Part shown: positions 8,940-17,425 of the stretch, piece after piece | Numbering within the stretch: the first letter of the stretch is position 1 | Layout of the letters: every line of letters starts with the position of its first letter | The notes under the pieces: model-generated | The model's database searches: none | What the model was told of the DNA's origin: nothing | Seen by the model: the letters and a program-made list of their open reading frames with translations, nothing else | Source of the DNA: Minisyncoccota bacterium | GTDB taxonomy: Bacteria > Patescibacteriota > Minisyncoccia > Phycocordibacterales > GWA1-40-21 | NCBI GenBank assembly: GCA_041664585.1 | Contig: JBAYKL010000001.1 | Span: 4,592 to 68,591, forward strand | DNA length: 64,000 bases | Direction of reading: 5' to 3' | Position numbers and translations under genes: made by a program

Positions 8940-8975
8940 CAGGTGTCACGCAAGTGGCACCTGTTTTTTATTTTT
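8940..8975 (+). terminator. rho-independent terminator after nadV
   Basis: 10-bp stem caggtgtcac/gtggcacctg with loop gcaa, followed by TTTTTTATTTTTT. Confidence 0.85.
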
Positions 8976-9077
8976 TAATATTATTTATTAATTTCATAAA
9001 TGGTTAAATATATAAAAGAGTTAAGAACTGCTTATATTTTGTAAAATACAATAATAATGTTATATTAATTTCGCATT

Positions 9078-9149
9078 GGCCCCATCGTCTAACGGTTAGG
9101 ACGAAGCCTTCTCAAGGCTTAAATCGGAGTTCGATTCTCCGTGGGGTCA
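9078..9149 (+). tRNA. tRNA-Glu (anticodon CTC)
   Basis: A manual cloverleaf gives a 7-bp acceptor stem with one G-U pair, a D-arm gtct/ggac, an anticodon stem aagcc/ggctt with loop ttCTCaa, and a T-arm cggag-ttcgatt-ctccg. CCA is not encoded. Confidence 0.8.
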
Positions 9150-9160
9150 CCCGATAAAAA

Positions 9161-9188
9161 TACCAGAGTAATTCCCTGGTATTTTTTT
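9161..9188 (+). terminator. terminator after tRNA-Glu
   Basis: Hairpin taccagagtaattccctggta followed by TTTTTTT. Confidence 0.75.
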
Positions 9189-9242
9189 GTTGTGGGGGCT
9201 ACGGAGAATCGAATTTTACTCCTTGCTAGTATAAATAAAAAA

Positions 9243-9262
9243 GGTTGAGCCGGAGCTCAACC
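9243..9262 (-). terminator. terminator for the minus-strand small gene (overlaps its stop codon)
   Basis: Hairpin ggttgagccggagctcaacc. The minus strand then reads TTTTTT. Confidence 0.65.
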
Positions 9263-9442
9263 CTTAAGGCTTTCCATGAGTTTACGTTCGTTGTTTCTTT
9301 CTTCCTCTATTGCGGTTTCTATGTCTGATACAGTTACTCCGCAGGCGATTGCTGCCTCTGCCTTTGCTTTTTCTAAAGGTAGGCCATTGTCGCGACGAAG
9401 GTGTTTTACTTTCTGAAGTGCATTACAGAGCTTAGTATTCAC
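9257..9442 (-). CDS. small hypothetical protein (61 aa, possible HTH)
   Basis: ORF with an AAAGGA SD. A helical LEKAKAEAAIACGVTVSDIETAI segment resembles an HTH. No family assigned. Confidence 0.4.
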   Translation of the reverse strand: MNTKLCNALQKVKHLRRDNGLPLEKAKAEAAIACGVTVSDIETAIEEERNNERKLMESLKG

Positions 9443-9513
9443 TGTCTAATCCTTTACTGATAAAGTGTGCGAACCTTTTTAGAGATTAATTCAAAGGCTA
9501 TTTTTTGTCAATT

Positions 9514-9538
9514 AAAAAGCCGGACGGGTGTCCGGCTT
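9514..9538 (-). terminator. terminator for the 9537..9920 gene
   Basis: Hairpin aagccggacgggtgtccggctt. The minus strand is followed by a T-run. Confidence 0.7.
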
Positions 9539-9920
9539 AACGTGGTCTGCGGTGTCTTGGACAACCTCCGCCACCAAGTTGACATTGAGCACAGTTTTCT
9601 CTTTCTTCGTCGAGCCTTTTTTCTTCAGGCGTTCTAGTGTCAGAGTAAACTGGACTTTCTTCTGTTTGCGTTTGATTTTTATGACAGGAGAGTTTTATTT
9701 CTTCTTCAGTACCAATCCCTTTTTCGATAAGGGTTTGAATAATGAAGTCCACATTAACTTCTTCGTTCGGGAAGTTTTTTTCTAGGGGTAAAATATTATG
9801 AACTACAATGTGCCAAGCTCTCTGGCTTGCCATCTTCCTTTTTTCTTTACCCTCTATTTTTAAACTCTGAACAAATTTTTCTGTGAGGTCTAAAACTTCT
9901 TGTTTTGTAAGGTTTTCCAT
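9537..9920 (-). CDS. hypothetical protein with Cys-rich C-terminus
   Basis: The start is chosen at MENLT (GGAAAGGA SD). The C-terminus is CAQCQLGGGGCP. No family recognised. Confidence 0.45.
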   Translation of the reverse strand: MENLTKQEVLDLTEKFVQSLKIEGKEKRKMASQRAWHIVVHNILPLEKNFPNEEVNVDFIIQTLIEKGIGTEEEIKLSCHKNQTQTEESPVYSDTRTPEEKRLDEERENCAQCQLGGGGCPRHRRPR

Positions 9921-10005
9921 TACAGACTTCCTTTCCATGGGTTTGAAAGACCAACTAAATTCGAATACAATTATACCCCCATATATTAATTGTGTCAAGT
10001 AATTA

Positions 10006-10044
10006 AAACAGGTCGATTTTATTTAGTAAAATCGACCTGTTTTG
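10006..10044. terminator. bidirectional terminator (long perfect palindrome)
   Basis: aaaacaggtcgatttta...taaaatcgacctgtttt. Confidence 0.75.
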
Positions 10045-10057
10045 TATTGTATATTTT

Positions 10058-10507
10058 CTATTTAAACATCTCTTCCACAGCTTCCTTTACAAGTGCACCG
10101 TCAGCTTTCCCTTTAAGTTCTTTCATTACCATACCGATGAATTGCCCAAGCTTAGATTTATCTATTTCGCCTGCGTTAGCTTTTTTTTCTTCAACTACTT
10201 TCATAACTTCTTCTTTGCTCATCATTTGTGGTAAATATGTTTCGAGAACTCTTAGTTCTTTTTCTTCATCTTCTGCAAGTTCTGGTCTTCCTCCTTTCGT
10301 GAACTGTTCAATGGAATCTTTTCTTTGTTTTACAAGTCTGCGAATTATAGCTAAGGCTTCTTCATCACCAAGAAATTCGTCATTAGTTTTCTTTGCAACG
10401 ATTTCGTTCATAAAGGCTGCCAGTACTCCTCTAAGTACAGTGAGTTTAAAAGCATCTTTGCTAATCATTGCCTGTTTAATTTGTTCCTTTATTGTTGTGT
10501 GTATCAT
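10058..10507 (-). CDS. GatB/YqeY domain protein
   Basis: 149 aa with similarity to the YqeY family (helical, KEL-rich, GatB C-terminal-like). Confidence 0.7.
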   Translation of the reverse strand: MIHTTIKEQIKQAMISKDAFKLTVLRGVLAAFMNEIVAKKTNDEFLGDEEALAIIRRLVKQRKDSIEQFTKGGRPELAEDEEKELRVLETYLPQMMSKEEVMKVVEEKKANAGEIDKSKLGQFIGMVMKELKGKADGALVKEAVEEMFK

Positions 10508-10554
10508 AATGTATAAATATTATCATATTTTTAGAAACTTGGTATAATATTCAT

Positions 10555-11613
10555 ATGTCATCAACAATTATCTTAGGTATTTTGTTAGTAATAGTAACCT
10601 CATTACTTTTGTGGCTTGCTTTGTTCAAAAAGGCAGGAGAAGGTAAAAGAGGAGATGATATTGGTCTAAAGCTTATCCTCGAACAAATAAACGAGCTCAA
10701 TAGAACGGTAGATACTAAAATAGGGGAATCTTCTAAACAAATGCACGAATCTCTTAAACATCAGTCTAGTGAATCTTTTAATATTATTCGTGATATTACA
10801 GAAAAGCTTACAAGACTTGATGAGACAAATAAACAAGTTGTTTCTTTTGCAGATCAGCTTCAATCACTTCAGGATATTTTGAAAAATCCTAAACAAAGAG
10901 GAATTCTTGGAGAATATTATCTTGAAACTCTACTTAAAAATGTTTTACCTACAGGAAGTTATCAAATGCAATTTCCGTTTGCAGACGGCACAATTGTAGA
11001 CGCTGTTGTGTTTGTGAAAGATAAAATTATTCCTATAGACTCAAAATTTTCTCTCGAAAATTATAATCGTTTAGTAGAAGAAAAGAATCCAGCTGAGAAA
11101 GAGAGATTAGAGAAATTATTCAGAGATGATCTTAAAAAGAGAATTGATGAGACCTCAAAATATGTAAAGCCAGGTGAGGGGACTATGGACTTTGCTTTTA
11201 TGTTCATTCCCCACGAAGCAATATATTATGATCTTTTAGTTTCTCAAGTTGGAGCAGTAAAAGTAAATACTAGGGATTTAGTAGAGTATGCATTTAAAGA
11301 AAAGCATGTAATTATTGTCTCCCCAACTTCTTTTTTGGCATATCTACAAACCGTTCTTCAGGGGCTTAAGGCTATGCAAATAGAAGAATCAGCCAAGGAT
11401 ATTAAAAAGAATGTTGAGAATCTACAAAAACATCTGAGAAGCTATCAGGAATATCAAGAGAAGCTTGGTAATGCCCTCTCTACTACAGTAAGCCATTTTA
11501 ATAATTCAAATAAAGAATTTAAGAAGATAGATAAGGACGTGGTGAAGATTACGGGGATAGAGTCTGAGCTTGAAGTGCTAGAAATCGCAAAGCCAGAGAG
11601 GGAAGATGAGTAG
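10555..11613 (+). CDS. rmuC: DNA recombination protein RmuC
   Basis: N-terminal TM segment, a long coiled coil, and a C-terminal RmuC nuclease-like region. Confidence 0.7.
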   Translation: MSSTIILGILLVIVTSLLLWLALFKKAGEGKRGDDIGLKLILEQINELNRTVDTKIGESSKQMHESLKHQSSESFNIIRDITEKLTRLDETNKQVVSFADQLQSLQDILKNPKQRGILGEYYLETLLKNVLPTGSYQMQFPFADGTIVDAVVFVKDKIIPIDSKFSLENYNRLVEEKNPAEKERLEKLFRDDLKKRIDETSKYVKPGEGTMDFAFMFIPHEAIYYDLLVSQVGAVKVNTRDLVEYAFKEKHVIIVSPTSFLAYLQTVLQGLKAMQIEESAKDIKKNVENLQKHLRSYQEYQEKLGNALSTTVSHFNNSNKEFKKIDKDVVKITGIESELEVLEIAKPEREDE

Positions 11614-11647
11614 AAAGTAAATAATATTTAGTATATAGTATAAAAAT

Positions 11648-14600
11648 ATGAAAAATCAAAAACAATCCCAATATGACCACACAAAAATAGAAAAAAAGTG
11701 GCAAAAATATTGGACAGCAAAGAAAATTTACAAAACAACTGAAGATACTAAAAAAGAGAAACTATATGTTCTTGATATGTTTCCATATCCATCTGGTGTG
11801 GGTCTTCATGTGGGTCATCCTAGGGGCTATGTAGCTTCTGACGTTTACGCCCGTTTCAAAAGAATGAATGGCTTTAATGTACTTCACCCTATGGGTTACG
11901 ACGCTTTTGGTCTTCCTGCCGAACAATATGCTATTCAAAATAAAATACATCCTAAAAAAGCAGTTGAAGAAAATATTGAAACATTTAGAAAACAATTAGA
12001 TTTAATTGGTTTATCTTATGATTGGTCTCGTGTAGTAAACACAACTGATCCAAAATATTATAAATGGACACAGTGGATTTTTCTTAAGCTCTATGAATCT
12101 TGGTATAACAAAATAAGTAATAAAGCTGAACCCATTGAAAATCTTACAAAGTTTTTTGAGAAAGAAGGTAATCAAAATATTGATGCGGTTTGCGATTCTG
12201 ATATAAAAATATTTTCAGCTACAGAATGGAAATCTTTCAGTGATTTAGAAAAGCATAATATTTTAATGAAATATCGTTTAGCTTTCGAAGGTTTTTCAGA
12301 AGTTAATTGGTGTCCGGAAATGGGAACTGTTCTTGCGAATGATGAAATAATAGATGGACCAGATGGTAAACCAGTATCTGAAAGAGGCGGTTATCCCGTA
12401 GAGAAAAAAACATTGAGACAGTGGTTTTTGAGAATTACAGCCTATGCGGATAGACTTATAGAAGGATTAGATAGAGTAGATTGGTCTCAACACATAAAGG
12501 AAATACAAAAAAATTGGGTTGGAAAATCCATTGGTTCTGAAATAACTTTTGCTATAAAAGGTATGGAAGAAAAAATAAACGTGTTTACAACCAGAGCTGA
12601 TACTTTGTTTGGTGTTACTTACGTTGTTCTTGCTCCAGAGACTGATTTGGTAAAAAAGCTTTTATCAAAAATTTTAAATAGAAAAGAAGTAGAAAAATAT
12701 ATTGCGGACGTAAAACTTAAAACAGATGAGGATCGTATGAGTACTGTTAAAGAAAAAACGGGTGTGATACTCGAAGGTGTAAAAGCTATTAATCCTGCAA
12801 ATCAAGAAGAAGTACCAGTGTTCGTCGCGGATTACGTTCTAGCTACCTATGGTACGGGTATGGTAATGGCCGTACCTGCACATGATGACAGGGATTTTGC
12901 TTTTGCAAAGAAATATAATTTACCTATAAGAGAGGCTATCGTTCCAGAAAGAATAGACAAAAGAAACCCACCTGTTCCTGGTAAGAAAATTGTAGAAAGA
13001 AAAAATGTGCATGTGGTAGTTAAAAATCCAAAAACAGGAATGTATGTTGGTTTAAAATACAGAAAACACGATTGGACCACTTTCCCGATGGGTGGAATTG
13101 AAGAGGGAGAAAGTTTGATTGATTCTGCCAAGAGAGAATTACTTGAAGAGACTGGTTACAAAAATGTCACTGAGGGTGTTATTTTAGGTGGACAAGTTCG
13201 TGCGGAATATTTTGCTGCTCATAAGGATCAAAACAGAGTCTCTTATACAAATTTAGTGTATTTTGAGCTACTAGATGAAGAGAAAGAAAAAATTAGTGAT
13301 GAGGAAAATGAAGAACACGAAGTAATATGGCTTAGTGAAAAAGATATAAATTCAAGTTTGATGACTCACGCTGAAATGGATATTTGGCTTGATAGATTAA
13401 GCAAGGGGGATATTGCTTATACAGATAACGGTATTATGGTAAATTCCGGAGAATTTAACGGTTTAAATAATCTAGATGCAATAAAAAAGATTACAGATTT
13501 CGTTGGTGGAAAAATTGTTACTAAATACAAAATGCGTGATGCCGTATTTGCTCGTCAGAGATATTGGGGAGAACCCATTCCGTTAATACATAAAAAAGAT
13601 GGGACGATTTCTACTGTAAACGAAAACAAATTACCACTAGAGTTACCAAACGTTATCTCGTATGAACCTATTGGGAATGGTGAATCACCGCTTGCTGGTG
13701 TAAAAGATTGGGTAGAAAAAGGTTACGAAACAAATACAATGCCTGGTTGGGCAGGATCTTCCTGGTACTTCTTACGTTATATGGATCCACAGAATAAAAA
13801 AGGCTTTGTTGGAGAGAAAGCTTTAAAATATTGGAAACAGGTAGATATGTATGTAGGTGGTGCTGAGCATGCTACTGGGCATTTATTGTATTCAAGATTC
13901 TGGAATAAGTTTTTATTTGACTACGGGCTTGTTATTGAGGATGAACCATTCAAAGCTCTTAGGAATCAAGGAATGATACAAGGTTCTGATGGAAGAAGAA
14001 TGAGTAAGAGATGGGGGAACGTTGTAAACCCAGATGAGGTTGTAAAAAATGTCGGCGCAGATACTTTGAGAGTTTACGAATCATTTATGGGGCCTTTTGA
14101 GCAAGAAATTTCTTGGAGTACAGATAGTATGGTTGGATCAAGAAGATTCTTGGAAAGAGTATGGAAGCTTCAAGAAAAAGTAGTTGCAAATTTTGCAGAT
14201 TCAAGCGAAACAGAAGCACTTTTACACAAAACAATTAAAAAAGTTGGAGAAGATATAGATTCATTTAATGCAAACACAGCTATTTCTTCTATGATGATTT
14301 TGTTAAATCATTTAGATGGAATAGAGAGTATTAGCGAAGACTTATATTTGAATTACATAAAAATCCTTTCACCTTTTGCGCCACATATGTGTGAAGAAAT
14401 TTGGGCAAATTTGGAACAGAAGAAATCTATAGTATTAGCAGATTGGCCTAAGTATGATGAATCAAAAATAAAGTCTGCGAAGGTAAATATACCTGTGCAG
14501 ATAAACGGTAGAGTAAGAGCATCGCTTATTGTTGACACTGATCTTGACCAAACATTAGTAGAGAAGCTTGCTTTGGAAAATCCTGATGTTAAAAAATGGC

Positions 14601-14665
14601 TTGAAGGTAAAGAAATAAAGAAGAAAATATTTGTTAAAAACAAAATTTTGAACTTAGTAATTTAA
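11648..14665 (+). CDS. leuS: leucyl-tRNA synthetase with an inserted Nudix hydrolase domain
   Basis: HVGHPRGY (HIGH motif), the CP1 editing domain and KMSKRWGN (KMSKS motif) are all present. At 1005 aa it is about 150-200 aa longer than typical bacterial LeuRS. The insert at roughly nt 12945-13430 contains a perfect Nudix box GGIEEGESLIDSAKRELLEETGY. Confidence 0.9.
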   Translation: MKNQKQSQYDHTKIEKKWQKYWTAKKIYKTTEDTKKEKLYVLDMFPYPSGVGLHVGHPRGYVASDVYARFKRMNGFNVLHPMGYDAFGLPAEQYAIQNKIHPKKAVEENIETFRKQLDLIGLSYDWSRVVNTTDPKYYKWTQWIFLKLYESWYNKISNKAEPIENLTKFFEKEGNQNIDAVCDSDIKIFSATEWKSFSDLEKHNILMKYRLAFEGFSEVNWCPEMGTVLANDEIIDGPDGKPVSERGGYPVEKKTLRQWFLRITAYADRLIEGLDRVDWSQHIKEIQKNWVGKSIGSEITFAIKGMEEKINVFTTRADTLFGVTYVVLAPETDLVKKLLSKILNRKEVEKYIADVKLKTDEDRMSTVKEKTGVILEGVKAINPANQEEVPVFVADYVLATYGTGMVMAVPAHDDRDFAFAKKYNLPIREAIVPERIDKRNPPVPGKKIVERKNVHVVVKNPKTGMYVGLKYRKHDWTTFPMGGIEEGESLIDSAKRELLEETGYKNVTEGVILGGQVRAEYFAAHKDQNRVSYTNLVYFELLDEEKEKISDEENEEHEVIWLSEKDINSSLMTHAEMDIWLDRLSKGDIAYTDNGIMVNSGEFNGLNNLDAIKKITDFVGGKIVTKYKMRDAVFARQRYWGEPIPLIHKKDGTISTVNENKLPLELPNVISYEPIGNGESPLAGVKDWVEKGYETNTMPGWAGSSWYFLRYMDPQNKKGFVGEKALKYWKQVDMYVGGAEHATGHLLYSRFWNKFLFDYGLVIEDEPFKALRNQGMIQGSDGRRMSKRWGNVVNPDEVVKNVGADTLRVYESFMGPFEQEISWSTDSMVGSRRFLERVWKLQEKVVANFADSSETEALLHKTIKKVGEDIDSFNANTAISSMMILLNHLDGIESISEDLYLNYIKILSPFAPHMCEEIWANLEQKKSIVLADWPKYDESKIKSAKVNIPVQINGRVRASLIVDTDLDQTLVEKLALENPDVKKWLEGKEIKKKIFVKNKILNLVI

Positions 14666-14666
14666 T

Positions 14667-14704
14667 ACAACACGGCCGAGAGTTTAAACTCTCGGCCGTG
14701 TTGT
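14667..14704 (+). terminator. rho-independent terminator after leuS
   Basis: Perfect long palindrome acaacacggccgagagttt/aaactctcggccgtgttgt. Confidence 0.85.
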
Positions 14705-14814
14705 ATAATTATATATTATACAACAACACATTTGACTTTATTTCTAATGGGTGCTAATATCATTTCCATAAAGATATATCGTCAATATCAAGTTTTATTA
14801 ATAATTTTATTTGT

Positions 14815-15846
14815 ATGTCAACAACAAGTTTCAAACCAAAGCAGGTTTCTAAGAAATTACTCGGTGCGCTTCAAGAGAGATCAAAAGATGTCATTATAAG
14901 AAGATATGGTCTTGGAAAAGATCCTGAATTAATGACTCTCGATGCTATTGGTAAGATTTATGGTATTACAAGAGAAAGAGTAAGACAGATAGAAAATCAC
15001 GCTCTTAATGCAATTAGAAAATCTAAGAATTACACAGAAGAGAAAGCTGTTTTTGACGAAATAGAAAAGCTCATCCACAAACTTGGTGGAATAATTGTAG
15101 AACAAGATCTCCTAGATTTCGTATCAAAGGATGCGAATACACAAAGCCACATGAACTTTCTTCTTGTCGTTGGGCATCCATTCAAGAAAGTAAAAGAAGA
15201 TGAAGACTTTAAACACAGATGGCTTATAGACGAAACTCTTGCAGATAAAATCCACAATTCATTAAAGAAACTTTATGAATCTTTGAAAGACAATGAACTT
15301 GTTTCTGAACCAGAAATAATAAAAGCTTTCTTGGGTTATATCGAAGACGTTGCTGAACAATATAAAACAGAAGAAATCGCAAAGAGATGGCTCGGACTTT
15401 CTAAGAAGATAGGAAAGAATCCACTTGGTGAATGGGGTAAATCAGAATCTTCAAACATTAGCACAAAGGGTATGAGAGACTATGCGTATCTTGTTATAAG
15501 GAAACATGGTTCACCTATACACTTCAGAGAAGTTGCAAAAGCTATTACTACTGTATTTAACAAAAAAGCTCATGTTGCGACAACTCACAATGAACTTATA
15601 AAAGACCCAAGATTTGTACTTGTCGGAAGAGGCCTATATGCTCTTACAGAATGGGGTTATATGAATGGTGTTGTAAAAGATGTCATAAAGAAACTCATTG
15701 AAAAGAATGGTGCAATGACAAAAGCAGATGTTGTAGAAAAAGTGATGAAAGAAAGATATGTAAAAGAAAATACTATCATCATAAATCTTCAGAATAAGAA
15801 ATACTTTAAGAAAAACAAAGACGGAAAATACGAAATAGTGAAATAA
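14815..15846 (+). CDS. sigma-70 region-4 domain protein with C-terminal HARE-HTH (RNAP delta-subunit-like) domain
   Basis: Residues 20-70 (GLGKDPELMTLDAIGKIYGITRERVRQIENHALNAIRK) align with region 4.2 of the rpoD in this window. The C-terminus (GSPIHFREVAKAI...RFVLVGRGLYALTEWGY) fits the HARE-HTH pattern. Confidence 0.6.
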   Translation: MSTTSFKPKQVSKKLLGALQERSKDVIIRRYGLGKDPELMTLDAIGKIYGITRERVRQIENHALNAIRKSKNYTEEKAVFDEIEKLIHKLGGIIVEQDLLDFVSKDANTQSHMNFLLVVGHPFKKVKEDEDFKHRWLIDETLADKIHNSLKKLYESLKDNELVSEPEIIKAFLGYIEDVAEQYKTEEIAKRWLGLSKKIGKNPLGEWGKSESSNISTKGMRDYAYLVIRKHGSPIHFREVAKAITTVFNKKAHVATTHNELIKDPRFVLVGRGLYALTEWGYMNGVVKDVIKKLIEKNGAMTKADVVEKVMKERYVKENTIIINLQNKKYFKKNKDGKYEIVK

Positions 15847-15850
15847 CTTA

Positions 15851-15876
15851 AAAACCACCCAAATGGGTGGTTTTTA
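15851..15876 (+). terminator. rho-independent terminator
   Basis: Hairpin ccacccaaatgggtgg with a flanking A-run and T-run. Confidence 0.8.
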
Positions 15877-16664
15877 AGTTTATTTTAATAGTGTATAATT
15901 ATAGGGTGAAAGAATTTTTTAAGAAAAAATATACGAGTGTTGCTATAATACTTTTTGTTGTTTTTTTAATTTCAGGAATGTTTTTTTCTCCTACATATAA
16001 AAAAGTATTTCAAGCTGTTTATTCGAAGATTTCTCAATTTGCTACAGTGCTTTCCTCTACACTTGTGTTGCAAACAAATAATTTTAGAGCAACAAACAAT
16101 GAAAACGGTTTAGTTGTAAGTGATTTACTTACCAAAGCAGCTCAAATGAAAGCAGACGACATGGCTTTGAAAGAATACTTCTCTCATACTGGTCCACAAG
16201 GCGAAGAGCCTTGGCTCTGGTTTGATAAAGTAGGATATAAATATAATTATGCTGGAGAAAATCTTGCAGTGGACTACACAGAATCTTCTGATGTTACAGA
16301 AGGTTGGATCAATTCTGCAAAACACAAAGCAAATCTATTAAACAAAAATTTTACTGAAATAGGTATCGGTGTGGCAGACGGAATATTTGAAGGACACAAA
16401 ACAACTTTCGTTGTTCAGTTCTTTGCCAAACCACTTGCAGCTAATGAAGTCGTTCAGAAACAAGAAACATCTACTGTTACTAAGCTTTTATCATTAATAA
16501 AAGCTGAGACTCCAGTAAGCACAAGATCTGGACTATCTAAAGGAGAGGTTCTTGGTGTTGAGTCAGTAAATGTAAAATGGAATGATCAGAAAACGCTTAC
16601 TGTAATCGGAGTTATTACTCTAGTCATTTTGATTATATTTATATTTAGAAAAAAACATGAATAA
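15867..16664 (+). CDS. membrane-anchored CAP/SCP (PR-1-like) domain protein
   Basis: CAP domain motifs are present (HTGPQGE...AGENLA...GWINSAKH...EIGIGVA). There is an N-terminal TM segment and a C-terminal TM segment with a basic tail. The true start is probably downstream, near 15905, because the ORF-track start lies inside the terminator. Confidence 0.6.
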   Translation: MVFKFILIVYNYRVKEFFKKKYTSVAIILFVVFLISGMFFSPTYKKVFQAVYSKISQFATVLSSTLVLQTNNFRATNNENGLVVSDLLTKAAQMKADDMALKEYFSHTGPQGEEPWLWFDKVGYKYNYAGENLAVDYTESSDVTEGWINSAKHKANLLNKNFTEIGIGVADGIFEGHKTTFVVQFFAKPLAANEVVQKQETSTVTKLLSLIKAETPVSTRSGLSKGEVLGVESVNVKWNDQKTLTVIGVITLVILIIFIFRKKHE

Positions 16665-17424
16665 AAAGTCATCATTTTTTATTATAGCTCTATGTATTTC
16701 TTTTTTTCCATTTAATTCTTTTGCTCAAACAGCTTCCTCTACACCTGTAAAAATAAATGCGAGAATATTACCAACAATTTGGTACTCAACACTTTCTGTA
16801 AATGATGGAGATAGTATAAGGATCTACGCTGGTATACAAAATAACTCAGGAATTGATTTCTCTGGTACTGCAGTTTTTTATGTAGATAATGAAGAGATAT
16901 CAAAGAAGACTTTTGCTTCGAAAAAAGATAGTTTAAAAGATATTGATGTGAATTGGGTTGCAAATCCAGGTACACACAGTGTACAGGTAAAAGTTTCAAC
17001 CGATCTCTCTTCAAGCAAAGAACTGGTGTCTTATGAGAGTGATAAATCACGTATTAGTATTACACGTAAGGTTACCTTAGAAGAAGTAAAAGAAACCGCC
17101 TTAAATACTGCTTCTAATATAATAGACAAAGCAGATGAGCTAGCTTCTAGTTTAGCCCAAAAGATTGAGAGCTATAAGCAACCTATAGAATCTATTGGTA
17201 ATAATGTTAAGAGTACCGAATCTACATCAACGGCAAACAAGGGTCGTGTTTTGGGTGTTTCTACGAGCTCAATATCAGATTATAAAAGTTCCAGTACAAC
17301 AAAATCTATTTTAAATATGTTTTTAGACTTTTTAGCTTTTTTTGTTAGAAATTGGAAATGGACCATTCTTGGGATAGTAATTTTAATTGTTGTAATTAAA
17401 ATTAAGAAAAGTAGAGAAGAATAA
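16657..17424 (+). CDS. secreted protein with signal peptide and C-terminal TM anchor
   Basis: Signal peptide MNKKSSFFIIALCISFFPFNSFAQ. The C-terminus has TM segment ILGIVILIVVI followed by KIKKSREE. Confidence 0.55.
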   Translation: MNKKSSFFIIALCISFFPFNSFAQTASSTPVKINARILPTIWYSTLSVNDGDSIRIYAGIQNNSGIDFSGTAVFYVDNEEISKKTFASKKDSLKDIDVNWVANPGTHSVQVKVSTDLSSSKELVSYESDKSRISITRKVTLEEVKETALNTASNIIDKADELASSLAQKIESYKQPIESIGNNVKSTESTSTANKGRVLGVSTSSISDYKSSSTTKSILNMFLDFLAFFVRNWKWTILGIVILIVVIKIKKSREE

Positions 17425-17425
17425 T

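Noticed and set aside
9990-10547. 185-aa plus-strand ORF antisense to the YqeY-family gene
   Set aside because: Low-complexity Ser/Phe-rich translation with no start context. The minus-strand YqeY gene has clear family similarity.
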